Made by a program: the position numbers and the translations under genes. DNA of 64,000 nt from Okamejei kenojei (lineage: Eukaryota): assembly GCA_035221665.1 (NCBI GenBank), contig CM069154.1, positions 5,890,001 through 5,954,000 on the forward strand, in the 5' to 3' direction. Shown one piece after another: positions 62,855-64,000 of this stretch. The notes below the pieces were generated by a model. It saw only the letters and a program-made list of their open reading frames with translations, was not told where the DNA came from and searched no databases. Position 1 is the first letter of the stretch, and every line of letters begins with the position of its first letter.

Positions 62855-64000
62855 CTGTTGGAACAAGGAAATTAAAGTCAAGTTTCACTGCTTTTCACTT
62901 GCAGTTGAACAAGTAGGTATGATTTTCCGATGTAAGGAGTTGATAGGCTTAACAGACAGGGTAATGGTTCTTCCGTGTGATTTGCAGCAAATGGGAGATG
63001 TTATCAAAACAAGCAGGCGTGCTGGTAAAAAACTCTGGCGCCAGGTGTAGACGGCACGGTGGCGCAGCGGTAGAGTTGCTGCCTTACAGCGCCAGAGGCA
63101 AGGGTTCGATCCTGACTACGGATGCTGTCTGTACGGAATTTGTACCTCCTCCTTGTGACCGCGTGGGTTTTCTCCAAGCTCTCCAGTTTCCCCGCATTCT
63201 GAAGTCGTGCAAGTTGGTTGGTTAATTGGCTTCTGTAAATTGTCCCCACTGAACTAGTGTACTGGTGATTACTGGACGTTGTGTACTCAGTGGGCCGAAG
63301 AGCCTGCTTCCACGATGCATCCATAAACTAATCAAAAGGGTGAAATTTCACTTGAGAGGGGTATTGCTTGGGATGGAACATTACACTGATGGGGGGGGGG
63401 GGGGGGGGGCTGGATAGGGGTTTTATAAAATTCCATGCAGGACAAGTGAGGAAGGGGGAACCTATTACAGGTGTGCAAAATTGTGAGCAGCATAGATAGG
63501 GTATTTTTAGAACATATTGCATGACATATAGTATTGATAGTACTGAATGGTCAATATTAACACAGTGGACCAAATCTAATACCATCGTCAAGGAGATAAC
63601 TGTTGCCACATTTACAATAATATCTGATCCCTTCCCATATTTGAGTGATGGTCTTGTGGAGATGATGGGAAGTGAAAGTGCTTGGACTGATGTCACTGCA
63701 AACCTAGTTTAAAGCTGTGTAAACATAAGAGGAAGTTCTAGCCGGGAAGCTGGCCTACACCAGCACTGGGAAATCTATTTCTGGAGCCCAGCAACCACAT
63801 ATTGACCAATGGGCAATAATTCCATCATTTTAATCTTGATAAGTTAATTAAATAACGTGCATGGATTTCAGGGTGTTGGGGTTATGGGGAGAAGGCAGCA
63901 GAATGGGGTGAAGAGGGGAAGATAGATCAGCCATGATTGAATGGTTTATTTCTACTTCTATCACTTGTGATCCTATGAACCACCCCACCCCCACTTCCCC

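Overview
Repeat-rich vertebrate genomic DNA, most likely a skate/ray (inferred from HE1-like V-SINEs, HER1/CR1 LINEs and Penelope relics). Reading splice sites and exon phases by hand reveals three tandem, minus-strand, non-rearranging Ig-superfamily receptor genes of the CD300/pIgR/TREM-like type, probably related to the skate MDIR family. Gene A (24594 to <2399): leader, V domain, S/T stalk, neutral TM and cytoplasmic exons; its last exon lies outside the window. Gene B (48516 to 29233): leader-V-C2-V-C2-hinge-neutral TM-tail with 2 ITIMs and an ITSM, i.e. inhibitory type. Gene C (>64000 to 58766): a hinge paralogous to B's, a TM containing Arg and a 15-aa terminal exon without tyrosine, i.e. 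activating type. B and C share duplicated ectodomain-side exons and introns but have unrelated signalling ends, so they look like a paired receptor set. Introns and intergenic DNA carry a full-length DIRS1 retrotransposon (ITRs, ICR, gag, pol, dead recombinase), a second degraded DIRS, a near-full-length young CR1, Rex1/Babar, L1, L2, Penelope elements with many minimal hammerhead-ribozyme motifs, DNA-transposon MITEs and tRNA-derived SINEs. All exon calls come from manual reading; no searches or alignments were run, and identity figures are by-eye estimates.
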